Source: a bacterium
Lineage (GTDB): Bacteria; UBA8248
DNA length: 64,000 bases
Assembly (NCBI GenBank): GCA_965213685.1
Contig: CBDBZY010000041.1
Span: forward strand, 192,001 to 256,000
Reading direction: 5' to 3'
Positions within the stretch are counted from its first letter, which is position 1. Each line of letters begins with the position of its first letter. Of this stretch, positions 38,858-55,593 are shown in pieces. The notes beneath the pieces are model-generated. The model was not told the DNA's origin. It made no database searches and worked only from the letters and a program-made list of their open reading frames with translations. Made by a program: the position numbers and the translations under genes.

Positions 38858-40066
38858 CTAGTACCAATACACAAAGTATTGCAATAGCATATTATATGTT
38901 CAATAACCACAAAAATGCAATTAATTAAATGCTGGCCAAGTTCACCCAAAGGGCCCTTTCTATTTTCCACAGTCCAATTATTAGGACAGAGGTAAAGATT
39001 AGCAAACTCACATGTCAAAGGTCTTCCTTAGAAAAATAACTGCAGTATACAGTATACACAAGACAAGAGCAATGGTTCTTTCAGCCATGGTATGAGTATC
39101 TCAATTGCAAGTATACTCTTCAATACTACCATGCTTTTTCACACTGCAACTGGAAGGTTATATAATTGTCATATCTCCTATGGAGTGTGTAAGATGTCTT
39201 GAGAGTGATGATTTTTGCAACAGGTACTTGAAACAATGGATAAGTGGCAAGCACAACCCAGCCACTGTCATGGTCACGGCTGATGGATGACCAGTGTTAC
39301 TCATGCTCAGAGAACTGGTGAACCACCCTTTTCCTCTACACATTGTACACCAGCATTCCATGCATTTAATCAGTGCCAGATACAAAAGATTAAACATGCA
39401 ATTATGACAACTAGTTACCATCTGATTCAACGTTTTGCAGCGTATAAACCATGTGGAGGTATGCATACACAGGGTTTAGTGGGGGGGCTTTTGGAAATTG
39501 GCTAGCCCCCATAGGTACACACAAAGCCAGGTAGCCATTAGTCTGTTTTAGTTTTGGCCCACTCTAACATGCACATGAGTCTTAGAGAATTCAAACTTTG
39601 GCGTAGTTACCCTCGTTCTGCCGTACTTACCACAGAGAATCATCGCTCCTTCAAATCTATCCGCCACCTGCATTGTACCTATAGATCTAGTGTGCCAGAA
39701 TATTTCGTGTATCACGCAGGAACTAGCGTAGTCATTTCGTTTCACTCTACTCGAAGGGATTCCTTTCGCCATTCGCTTCATTACCCCAGGCCTAGCTGTA
39801 TAGAACACCTCGGCTCACGGCGTGTATTTCGCCTGTACGTACTCCCACGTGGCACATGCACGCAGTTCACAGTCGATGAGGTGAAGCAAAGCAACATCCT
39901 TACCTGCTCTTGTGGCGCTGGTCCACGAGCGTCCCCACACCTAAGTAACATGGTAAAGGATGTACCGATTTGCTTACTATTTTCACCCCGAAACATGATA
40001 TTCACCTACCTTTCCTCCAGTAGCGGAACAAAGAAACGGGAGGTGGAAGGCGGGCACAACACAGGG

Positions 40067-42265
<2,199 letters not shown>

Positions 42266-42472
42266 GTCCACTCATCATGTCATGAATGTGGAGAGGGTGT
42301 GGGAACCAGGAGTAAGCGGAAAAGGAGTAGTGGTCTCCATTCTTGATGATGGCATTGAACACACCCACCCTGACCTGGTGGACAACTATGTAAGAGATTG
42401 GGATGTCAGTGCATACATGTACATGTATCTCACATGATCAGAATTTATGGGAGGGATTAGCCTCTGCTACAT

Positions 42473-42514
42473 CATAGATATTAGAGACATGTAACCGTGT
42501 CTCTAATATCTATG
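42473..42514. mobile_element. 42-bp CATAGA...TCTATG hairpin insertion with 7-bp TSD GCTACAT
   Basis: CATAGATATTAGAGACA / TGTCTCTAATATCTATG. Confidence 0.75.
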
Positions 42515-42565
42515 GCTACATACACTCTTGGATTGTCCACTACAAGTGATGACTGAAAGGAATGG

Positions 42566-42654
<89 letters not shown>

Positions 42655-42778
42655 ATCTCAGCAGAAAGGAAGGAAGGAAGGGGATATGAGTATGTGAAAT
42701 GTGAAGTATATTTCCCCAAGAATAGGTGTCAAAGGTCATGCAGTAGCATGTGATTGGAGGGAGAGGCTAGAATGAAGC

Positions 42779-42930
42779 TGTGTGGCACAATGTGGGTGTG
42801 GCACGAGGTGGGTGTGACAAAATGTAGGTGTGGCATAATGTGGGAGTGGCATGATGTGGGTGTGGCATGATGTGGGTGTGACACAATGTAGGTGTGGCAC
42901 AATGTGGGTGTGGCACGATGTGGGTGTGGA
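42779..42930. repeat. 17-bp-unit minisatellite ATGTGGGTGTGGCAC(A/G)
   Basis: About 9 degenerate tandem units. Confidence 0.85.
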
Positions 42931-43765
42931 TGTCAGGTTGCACTGGGAGGATATCATACAAGGGTATTACTTACTATCAGGGAATGTGTGTATAGTGACA
43001 TGTGCCCTCTGAGAACGAAAACAGGCAGCTGTTGGTTCACTGCACATACACATATTAGTAGGCATTGGCCTATGGGACATGGCAATGCTATGCACATGTA
43101 CATGTACATGTACATGACATGCTGTTTCCCTCCACAGGTATCTACAGAGCTACACCACAAGTGTACTGATCGTCACACTGGCACCAGTGCCTCTGCCCCC
43201 CTGGCTGCGGGCATCCTGGCACTAGCCGGCCCTTGAGACCAAGTGAGCATCTGATATATGAATATTCATGAGCTTAGTCTGCATACATGTACACTGTACA
43301 TGTACATTTGACTTGTGCACATGTACGTACATAATATTATAGTACATGAGTGTGCATTGTACATGTATGAGGAACCAAAAATGGGATTGTGAGTTACTCA
43401 GCTGAGGGGGAAGGGGGAGGGTTGGTGTGTCTTGTGAGTATTCCTCCTCCTCTTCTCTCCCAGTCGCAACCTGATATGGAGGGACATGCAATATTTGGTC
43501 GTCTACTCCTCTAACTCACATCTTCCTAGAGATGGGGACTGGACTGTCAATGTGGCGGGGCTTAAAGTCAGCCACAAGTATGGCTTTGGTGTGCTGGATG
43601 TGTTGGCCATTGTTAACTGAGCACGGTGGTGGATCAACGTTCCCCCACAAGACAACTGCGGCATTGACGTGGATGTCCATCGAACTCAGTAAGAGATACT
43701 GTGCTTCTGAGAGAGTGATGGAAAGCCTTGAAACCCTTTACTGTTCTCACACACATGCACACACA

Positions 43766-43814
<49 letters not shown>

Positions 43815-44362
43815 AGCCATGCTACTAACAGCAACCCACTGAAAGTTTTCATAGACACCACATCCTGTTCAGTAACCTATTTGGAGCACGCCCAAGCCAT
43901 CATTACCCTCGAACTCAAAAAGGGCAAAAGAAAGGACATAGAAATCATCCTGCAATCTCCAGCCTATGTTTCGTCCATCCTCCTCCCGTACCACAAGAGG
44001 GATTATCATAGCGACGGGTTCCACAGCTGGCCCTTCATGACAGTGCACAACTGGGGGGAGGACCCCAGACGGAGGTGGGAGCTGACCGTCAAGGTGGGCT
44101 CCTCATCAACAGAGGCAGCTCTGAGGAGCCTTCGTTTTGTTCTGTGGGGAACAAAGGAGACTCCGAGGTCCGTCAGAAATGTCCCGTTAGAGTGTGATCC
44201 CAAGTGTGTCGAAGGGTGCGCTGGGGAAGGCCCACAGTATTGCGACACTTGCAAGAACTTTCAGCTGGCAACCACGTTTGAGTGTGTGGAGACATGTCCT
44301 GTTGGAACATATGTGGACCACCACATGTGCCGACCCTGCCCCTCTCTCTGTGCCCACTGTGA

Positions 44363-45890
<1,528 letters not shown>

Positions 45891-46119
45891 TGTTCTAAGC
45901 GAAAAGCATGCATGGATGCAAAGCCGGCGAATCGACAACTTGACAGGGGGCGTGGCCATTTATATCTGCGCAACGCGTTTTATAATACATGATCATGACT
46001 CTACAGTACCGCAGTGCGTATCGAAGCTATCGTACAGTACCGCAGTGCGTATCAAAGCTTCCATTTCATTGAATTCAAACTGAACAGCGAATGCTCATGG
46101 ATGATGCACAAGTTCTCCA

Positions 46120-46640
46120 CTTAGTCAACTTTGTCAACTTCAACCATTCTCAACTCCCTCATCTTCGTCAATTTGGTCACTTTTAAAATTGTCAACTTCG
46201 TCGACTCTGTCAACTTACGGTCAACTCTGTCAACTTGGTTAACTTTGTCACTCTGTAAAGCCTGTCAACTTCTTTCTTCACTGTCAACTATGCCACTGAC
46301 TATGTCAACTCTGTCAAAGTTGTCACTGAATCTAAGTTGTCAACTCTATCAAGCATTTCAATCCTCATCAACTCTGTCATCTGCAGGCCCGTACGCAGGA
46401 TTCTTAAAAGGGGGGTTCGATAACTTCTTTGGCAAATTGCTGATAATGCGCCGTAACCTAAACTACACCCCTACTCTGAGGGCGCGCTTCGCGCGCCACA
46501 ACTCTCGCCAGCGTATAACTTCATACTCGAGTTCTACAGCCTGCTTCACAGCCACAACACTTCAAAAGAGCTGGCGCCAAACATACTAGAGTTATCTTAG
46601 TCTCGCTAGCTAGCCGCTCGATGGCACGTGAGACTAGCGC
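46120..46640. repeat. TGTCAACT motif array followed by MITE ends (CAGGCCCGTA at 46384; TAGTCTCG...GAGACTA at about 46598-46636)
   Basis: Repeated GTCAAC motifs and termini shared with other elements in the window. Confidence 0.55.
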
Positions 46641-47641
46641 TATTTCTCATGGTTTGTCCGGTACTACGGCAACTGTTCACATGCGTATTGTCACTCAAAA
46701 GTACTATCAAAGCATACTATATAGCGTAATTGGTCATGGCTTATCAGCTACTACAGAAAGTGGACAATGGATAAAGAGGAGAGGAGGAAGTACTATTTCA
46801 ACACACGTGACATCACGATCGTGCATTCTCACGTACATACTTGATAGGCGAAGTGGGCGATAGTTTTCTCGGCGTGTGAAGTTAGCATTTGCCTGTGTTG
46901 AAAGGTGAAAGAATCTCCACTATATCAGCTACTATTCCATGAAGGTCAGAGGCCATTGGCATTTTCTTTAGACTCTATCACCCATAACAAGTCCGGGAGA
47001 AAGTCACCGGTTGGAAAGCGACTTCAGCTGAACTGTACCTGGATCGAGAGCACGAATCGTGTGCCACAGTACTCGCTGACCATTTCCAGCTCAGACACAT
47101 TAGCGCCCTCTGCTGTACGTGTAAGTGCCTCCTGCTACCTAATCCTGACTCTTCTCATTCGGCAGGTGAGGGCTTGGGAGCAGATAAATGCATTTATAAA
47201 ACCCCTTGATAGACTACTAGTGTAGTATTACCTCTAGGTAGCATTTGAACAGAGCTTACGAGTATCCGAAATCCACGCCGGAAATATACGTCTACTACCA
47301 CGTACGCGGATATGCACCTCGCGTCTTGAAGGATGCATCCTCGGACCATACCTGATGTGATGTACAAAGATATATTACCTAGAACTGAAAATAGCACATC
47401 TAAGATTTGTTATCACAGTGGTCATTAGCTTTTGGAACTATGTGATAGTAGCCATGGTAACTACTACCAACATGCCTGAGGGAGATGAAGATGATACAAA
47501 CTTATCCAGTACTTTTATCCAGGTCTTCAGGGTATATATAGATGATGATGAAGGGGAAGGTTTTTAACACTCAATAGTAACTCATATTAGAAAGTGCATT
47601 ATCAAGTGCATTAGCATAGCTGAATTTGTTTTCTTGCACAG

Positions 47642-49967
47642 ATACCAGCAAGTGAGAATGTCAGTTAGAGAGGAGGACCTGAGGGAACATTTCAAACTTT
47701 CACTTCACACCTCCCACTTCAACAACTTCTTCATACTGCGCACAGAGGTGGTCGTCAATGGGCAACACGCAGTAGTTGGAACTGATGAGAGGGGATGGCT
47801 AACCCTCAACAGCCGCTATCCTCAGGTGGGAGTGACCTTTGACTCCCTAGTGACCGATGTTAATGAGATCCTACAGAGTCATGGCATGGAGGGTGTCTCT
47901 AACTACTGGTGTGAGGAGGTGCCGCTCTTTGAGATCAAAGTCTCTTCCCAGGAAGACCTCAAACGTCTGTTCAAGTTGGAGGAGAATATCAAGGGAGAGC
48001 TTTCCTCAAAGATTGCTGCACGAATGGCAGCTCACCTGCAGTCCCCAGATGCCAGTGCTCCTCCTCCAGGTCTCCATGTCCTGGTCCAGCCTCACGTCTA
48101 CCTCCTGATCCCTGACAGCCACAACATGGATGGAAGGGTCATTCAAGTCACTAAGGACAACATTGCAACATGCATTGCTCTGTGGGCTGGCAGCAGTGTT
48201 TTCGACTTTGGAGCTATTTTCAGGGCCTTTCGAGCCAATCCCAACAGAGCAAATGAAGGTATCAGAATACTATCACCATCAGTTTGGTATCAAATCACAT
48301 ATCATTGCCTCCAAACAGGTCCAGAGAGCTTGGCACAGTTGGTGCATGAGCTGAAAGAGGTGGTGGACTGGTATCACCTGGGGCTGTGTCTTAAGGTCCC
48401 AGACTACCGGCTACATACCATTGCTAGGAATCATCCTCAAGACACTGAGATGTGCAAGACGAAGATGCTCTCCTGGTGGAGGGAGAACATTTCAGGGCAG
48501 AAGTGGTCCACTATTGTCCAAGCCCTGGTCCAGACAGAATCAAGAGTCCTCGCTAACAAGATTGCCCTCAAATACGGTAGCCCATATAACTTCCTTTCTC
48601 TCTTGCTTTTAACCCCATCTCCTCACCATCCAACATCCCATTCCCTTTATTCTTCTCTTTGTTGCATAAATGCACTTCATTTCAGGTGTTCCAGTTCCAA
48701 GTGTGCCTCCAAAGAAAGAAAGTGCTCTTGGAACAGTGCAAGTGGCCCCTCAAGTAAGTCTGATAACTTGTGCATGGTCTGTTGACTTGGGTATGGTCAT
48801 GTTATTAATTGTAGGAGCAGAATTCATCAGTTCAGATCAGACTTGAGAAGGAAATTCATAAGCTGAAGGTGGACATCGAAGGCAAAGATCAGATATTGGC
48901 CCAACAAGACCAGAGCCTCAAACGAGCAGAGAAAGAGAGAATTGTTGTTGCACAGAAATTCACAACCACAACAAAAAAGCTCCGGGAAGCCAAGATCAGA
49001 ATAGGACAACTACTTCTGGAAAGGAAAAACTTAGAGGGAATTTTGGAGCAAAAAGAAATGGAATTACGGGCTCTTAGGGAATATGCCACAAATGAGAAGG
49101 AAAAACATGAGCATGTTCTTTCACAAAAAGAAAAGGAAATTGCTGGATTTCAGCAGCAGCTAGCAACAGTGAGAGATGAGCTGGAGAGAATGAAATTGCA
49201 GCCAATATCTTTCCAGGAAGAGCTAGAGAAAGTCAGACTAGAGCTAGCTAAGAAATCAACTGAAGTTCAAATGCTGCGGGAGGCCAAGGAAGAGATGAAG
49301 TTGCATTTGCAAGTAGAAAGGAAATGGGTTGATCACTACCTGATGCAGCAGACAGCCGCAAGATCCTCTGATGCCAACTACGGAAAGGAAGTTGAAGTAA
49401 GCAATGTCAAAAATGTACCTCTATCTGTACTAGACAGTGGGTAGCTGCTAGTAAGTATTGATAGCATTTAAGAGAGAGTAACTGGTAAGTTCTATAATCA
49501 CAATGTATTATTAAAACAAACACAAACCTGGTTCTGTCCCAATTCATGGGCATGTGGGTGATGGTAATAATGCTAGAGTAACTCTTTGAGTATTAATAAT
49601 GCTAGAGTAACTCTTTGAGTATTAGTGTATATCCTTTTAAAACAGTTTCAGATACAGCATTTGAAGGAGGAAGCACAAAGGAAGACAGAGGAGAAGAAGA
49701 CTTTGCAGAAAGTCCTTGAGGGGAATGATGTGGAAAGGAAGAGGTTGGCCCAACTTGTCAAAGATCAAGAATCTCAACTGCGGCAGAAACCTGACCCCCA
49801 CACCATGGATGAGCACCAGCTACAGAGATACCTTGATATTCTGTGTGATATCATGGACTCAAAGAAGAAGCTGTTGGATGCTGAGGATGAACGTCACATC
49901 ACCGCAACTGAAGTGAAAATTTTGCAGGAAGAAGCTCTCTGCAGTCAGAAGCATGCCACTACACTCG
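47642..49967 (+). CDS. Death-domain and coiled-coil protein (exons about 47642-48258, 48319-48576, 48686-48752, 48815-49396, 49646-49967; first exon near 47454-47560)
   Basis: ELKEVVDWYHLGLCLKVPDYRLHTI..CKTKMLSWW...WSTIVQALVQ is a Death-fold pattern, followed by E/K/Q/L heptad-rich exons. Confidence 0.8.
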
Positions 49968-52639
49968 TGAGTGGATGTACTAAAATGGTCCTGTTATTGC
50001 ATACATACACGTTCCCACCTCCTGTCCCTTCCCTTCCATTCCCCCTCTTTCTACACCCCACCCTTTCCTGCTCCCATTTTGTTCCTCTCCTGCCTTCATG
50101 CCCACCTCTCTCTTCCTCTTCTGACCACTTCCTCTCTGAGACAAAAGGAATCTCTCTTAACGGACCCTGTCCGATCTTTGTAAAACAGACAAACCACTAG
50201 ACTCTGTACCATTCATTTATAGACTACAAACTACAGACAATTGCAACCTCCCCAGAGTCTCCACTCCAGACAACACGCACTGAGCTGGCCCCAGAATGTA
50301 CAAAATATCCTCAAGAATGGCCTCTCGTGCAAGGGAAGGTGTGGCTCCATGATAAAAGTGCCACGGTGTTCCCATGTGTAGCTTGTATTCAGGCAGGCTT
50401 GCTGCCTGAGCATCAGACTGTCACATCACTCACATTAATTTTGACTTTTGTGTCAGAAGTGAGAGCAGATTTTGACCTCATAGCTATAGCAGTCCAGTGG
50501 CACTCAGTGTGCTCAGCTATCATTTTGATGGCTCCTTACTCCATAGAGACGTCATCTCCAAGCATAATACTGCTCCCATGCTTACTACTCCATGTACTCA
50601 ACGAAGTTTTTGTTTCAAGAGGAGTCGGTAATGCGATCAGCTGGTAGGTTACTAGCTCTGTTGCTTACGACTTCACTGGTAATTTATGTAATTTGGGGTC
50701 CAATCTAAAGACACTCCAGTACTATGCTTAATCATGAGCGAACTTGACAGGCTTGTGCCAATCGTCATGGCGCAAAACCCCCCTAGCAACATTTGATGCA
50801 TTTACGTGTAGAGTAAAGTTAGGGGGATCGGCAAGATGGGTACAACCTCTCTACAACAGACAGAAGTCCATGTGTCAGATGTTTCACTGTAATTGGCTTC
50901 TCCAATATGATGCTAGAGCACACCCATAGTTAGGCCATTTTAATATAACCATTAAGAGTGGTGGGCAGTAAATAGTTATGTTGATACAACCGAACTTCCT
51001 CATTGTTTCAATAGTAATGGTGAACCAGCCTAGCAGTGCAATGCTTTGCTTAATAAATACTAAACACAATGACCAGCCACTCTACATCCCCTCCCCCCGT
51101 GCTCTACCCACCACACCCTCCCCTCCTCCCATCACTCTTTGGTCCCCTCTCTCCCTCTCTCCTAGTAATCATTACTCTAGTGGGAAGATGTTTTGTGAGG
51201 AATTGGTCGCTAAGCAGTTAACAGATGTAAGAAGTACCTGACCAAAGAGCCATGCTAAGGATATTTCCTCCTCCAATACTAGCCAGCTATGCCACACCTG
51301 CAAACCAAATAATTATGGACCTTAATAATATTACAACTCTCTTCCTCCTTACCTCCCCCCTACCAGGGAAAGAGGAGACGGTGGAGTTTGGGGCAGGGGG
51401 GGAGGGGGAAGAAGGAGGGAGGTTGGAAAAGGGGGGAGGGAGATAGGAGGGAGGGAGAGGGGGACACAATATTGTCCTCCCCTCCATGCTTATATTCCTA
51501 CATTCCTCATCCTCTCTTTCTCGCTATCACTCCCTCCCTTCCTGTATTGCTGAAAGAGTCCTGTAGACATTCACCTCCAGTAATCCCAGCAAACTGCATT
51601 GTACTTTATAGATATATATTGTGAAATACTTTCTCCCTTTCTTCCTATTCAACCTCCCTCTTACACCCTTCCTTCCCCCTTTCCCCTCCCCCCCTTCTTT
51701 GCCTCCTCCCTCCCTACATCATTCATCTCATTACATTCCCCCTAGACTGCCCCCAAAGCTCCCTCTCAGATGAGCTCTCCTAATCAGGCCAAGGCTCGTG
51801 ACCAGGTATTGCTGGGCATGGTTCATATGTAGTGGTAATATGTCATCTGTAATAGCCATGTACTGACAGAGCCTAATGTACAATATTGCTATACCTTGGG
51901 GTAAGAAGGGGGTGGATAGTGGTGAAGGAGAGGGGAGGGGGAGGGAAGGAGAGAAGGAAGGGGATGAGGGAAGGGGGAAAGGGAGGTGGGAGGTGGGAGC
52001 TTGAGGGGGAGAGGAGATGGAGGGCGGGGCAAGTTAAGGGAGGGGGAATAGAGGAGAGTTGGGGGGGGGGGGGGGGGGGGGGATTGGGAGGAGAGGGAGG
52101 GGGAGAGTGGAAGTGGGGTACAAAAGCTAATTAATAGATGGGTAAGGTTGTTGTAAGAAGTGATGGAATGGGAAGCCATGCTATAGATACTGCTAAGGGC
52201 TTAAAATCAGCTGCTGACAAAATGCACCTATTCAAGAGTGGTACAGCTGGGAGGTAGTGGCTTGAATCATTTAGCCCAAGGCACCCTAGCCTCACATTAT
52301 GCACACCTGCAACCTTGGATCCAGTGGAATATGTGTGAAGAGTGGTATGACACTGAATGGAAATGAGAATCTGCCTGATGGATATTTGTGTGACTTCTGT
52401 CATGTGCAACTGCTTGTGTTGTAATTGGTACAAGTGCTCCAATATTTGTACTTGAAGAAGGTTTATAATATTTAGAGTTAACTACACATTGAATAAACTA
52501 TAACTTCATAGAGGTATTGTTGAGAAATGTGTGGGACAAAGTAGATTATCAATAATCAAGTTGTGGCAGTATGCAGTGTTCCACACTTGGAGCATATCCA
52601 GGTACATGTACATAATTATGTTCATTAATATTCTTCTTT

Positions 52640-53760
52640 CCTCCTCCTCCTCACCCCTATCATCTTTCACCTTCTCTCCATGCCAATATGCCTAAATCTC
52701 TCCTTCTGTCTTCCTCCCACTCCCTCCCCCTCCCTCCCTCCCTCCCTCCCTCCTTCCCTCCCTCCCTCCCTCCCTCCCTCCCTACTCCTTCTCCCTCCCT
52801 CCCTCCCTCCCTCCCTCCCTCCCTCCTTCTCCCTCCCTCCCTCCCTCCCTCCCTACTCCCTCTCCCTCCCTCCTTCCTTCCCCCCCTCCCCCCCTCCCTC
52901 CCTCCATCCCGTCCTCTCTCCCTCCCCCTCTCCCCCTCCCTCCCCCTCCCCTCCCTCGCTCCCCCTCTCCCTCCCTCCCTCATTCCCCTCTCCCTCCCTC
53001 CCTCCCTCCCCCCCTCCCTCCCTACCGCCCCCTGTCTCCCCCTCCCTCCCTCCCTCCTTCACTCCCTCCATCCTTTGCTCTTTGCCTCCCTCCATTTCTG
53101 CAGCTTTCACCTAATTATGGGGGGGGACTGGGGAGGGGGAGGGAGGAGGGGAGGGAGGAGGAGAGGGAGGGGGAGGGGGGGGGGGGGGGGTTAAGGGAGG
53201 GGGGAAGGGGGAGAGGGGGAGGAGAAATGGGGGAGGGGGGGAGGGGGATGGGGAGGGGGAGGGAGGAGGGGATGGTGAAGGGGAAAGGGGAAGGGGGAAG
53301 GGGGAGAAGAGAGGGGGGAGGGGGAAGGGGGAGAGGGAGAGGGGAGGGGGAGGGGAGGGGGGAGGGGGAGGGGGAAGGGGGAGGGGGAGGGGGAGAGGGG
53401 GGTGAAAGGAGGAGAGGAGAAGAGGGGGAGGGAGGAGGGGGAGGGGAGGAAAGGTGAAGGAAGGGTGAGAGGAGAGGGAGGGAGGGGGAAGGAAGGGGAG
53501 GAGGGGAGGGGGAGGAGGGGAGGGGGATGGAGGAGGGAAGGGTGAGAGGAGAGGGAGGGAGGGGGAGGGAGAGGGAATGGAAGGAATGGAAGAAGAGCTA
53601 GAGGTAGACAGTCACACAATCATGTGGCACAAGGAGAGGGGAGGAGGAGAGGAGGGAGAGGGGGGAGGTGGAGGGGAGGGGAGGGAGAGGGGAGAAGAGG
53701 GGAGGGGGTGAGGGTGTGAGGGAAGGGGGAGAGGAAGGGGAGGAAGGGAAGGAGGATGGG
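52640..53760. repeat. Polypyrimidine tract followed by polypurine G-run tract
   Basis: (CCCT)n-like 52640-53110, then GGGGA-rich 53118-53760. Confidence 0.9.
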
Positions 53761-54692
53761 ACTGTACGTAGTAATTAATCACAACACAAAACCAATACTA
53801 ATTGTCACAGCCCACGGTACTCTTAATTAAAACCAGTACTACAAAGTCTGTACACAGTCACTGAGTCATTGTGTTGAATTCTTTAGTAATCTCTACAGCT
53901 CTTTATCAAATAGTATTGTTGTTAATAACTACATGTAATTACATGTAACTAAAACTACAGTAAGTTGTTGTTGTGTACTTAACTACATCCTTATACTAGC
54001 AATCAAAAGAATTGTGTTGAAGCTCTATAGAGATCGAAGTATAACAAATTAATTAGGAGAACTAAACAATATTGCTCCAGCATTGGTAATTAAACTAAGA
54101 ATTAATCCCTCTAAACAAAAACTGCACTAGGTGGAAAGGGAAGGAGAGGGAGGGAAGGAGAGGGAGGGAAGGAGAGGGAGGGATGGAGAGGGAGGGAGGA
54201 AGAGCTGGAGGAAGACACTCACACATATGGTGTGTGAGGAGAAACTGGTGTGGCCATTCCATTCCTCAATAATCAGACACCAGAACAGTGCACACCCTCC
54301 ACCTATGAGCCAGCCACACAAGATGAGACAGTGTGTTACTCTAGATCTAGTGTAAATGGTTAACCTTCTTGCCAAGGAATTAATTTGCAGCAAATTAATG
54401 GTGATCGAGGTGTTGAGAGTGATGTTGTAAGAATGGCAATGCCATGGGCCATGGATACTGCCTCCTGCAATACTAGCCAGCTATACCACTCCTGTGTACA
54501 CAACAATATTAGACATGTACTTCATGTACATGTGTACTTATCTTTCTCCTCCTCCCCCTTTCCTCACTCCTACTCTCTTTCACCTTCTCTCCATGCCATT
54601 ATTCTTACATCACTCCTTCTGTCTTCCTCCCTCTCCTTCCCTCTCCCTCCCTCCCTCCCTCCCTCCCTCCCTGCATCAATCACCTCATTACA

Positions 54693-55593
54693 GCCCCAGG
54701 TCCAGCCACTGAGATGGCCCCTCCCACTCAAATGGAGGAGAGGAAAGGACTTGCCCTTTGGAGTCCAGTATGCCCAAACTGCACTACTGAAGGGACAGGT
54801 CCACATTGGAGGTGGGTCTGCTGAGGAGAGCAGCAATGGGTATGTCGTAGTGCAATACAACTCTACCACTGGTGAGTGGTCTCAGCTGCCAAAGAGCACT
54901 GAGCACTACTTTGCCATGGCATCAGTCAAGGACCAGCTATTACTAGCTGGTGGGTGGGGCAGCACTGCTATCCAATTATGGGACAGTGAGGGTCATCGCT
55001 GGAATACTCAGCACTACCCAAGAATGCCAACTGGTAGAGAATCGTCAGCTGCTGTGGGCTACCAGCAATACCTCATTGTGGCATGTGGTAGCAACAAGGA
55101 CACAGTAGAAGTCCTGGATTGCTCCACTCACCAGTGGTACAGTGCACAGCCAGTGCCTGTGGGGGGTGGGGGCATGACAGCAGTCATCATTAGTGATTAC
55201 GTATACATCTCATCATATGGCTGGAGAGGTGGTCAGCCTCACGTGTTCTCCGCCCACCTCCCCACCCTGATATCAAATGCAACTCGCAACACCACCACTG
55301 GCCCAACATGGCAGGAACTGCCATCCCCTCCAGTAGATGGCCCCACACTCTTAGCCCTGCAGAACCACTTGCTACTGGTAGGAGGGTGGGAGGTAGGAGG
55401 GTTGGGGGAGAGAAAGGAGCTCTACAGATATGAGGCAGAAGGGAAAAAATGGAGCAAGTGTGGAGAGCTTCCTGTGGGAATGTATGCTCCCTCTTGTGCA
55501 GTACTCCCCTCTGGTGAACTGCTTGTGGCTGGAGGGTATGTGGAGGGTGTTGGGGGGTATTCCCAGCAAGTGTGGGTAGGATCATTAGAGTAA
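54693..55593 (+). CDS. Kelch-repeat beta-propeller terminal exon, probably the 3' end of the Death/coiled-coil gene (small linker exon at about 51746-51805)
   Basis: Repeated GG...Y/W motifs (VHIGGG..YNSTTGEW, LLLAGG..WN, LLLVGG..KWS, LLVAGG); polypyrimidine tract and CAG acceptor; no own start codon. Confidence 0.8.

Noticed and set aside
42270-42346. Functional transposase-convertase fusion protein
   Set aside because: The convertase exon is out of frame with the upstream ORF and the downstream exons are disrupted
43618-43620. Selenocysteine or readthrough TGA in the convertase
   Set aside because: Accompanied by a frameshift and exon loss; better explained by CGA deamination
52660-53619. 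Long Pro/Ser/Leu and Gly/Glu/Arg ORFs
   Set aside because: Low-complexity purine/pyrimidine tracts
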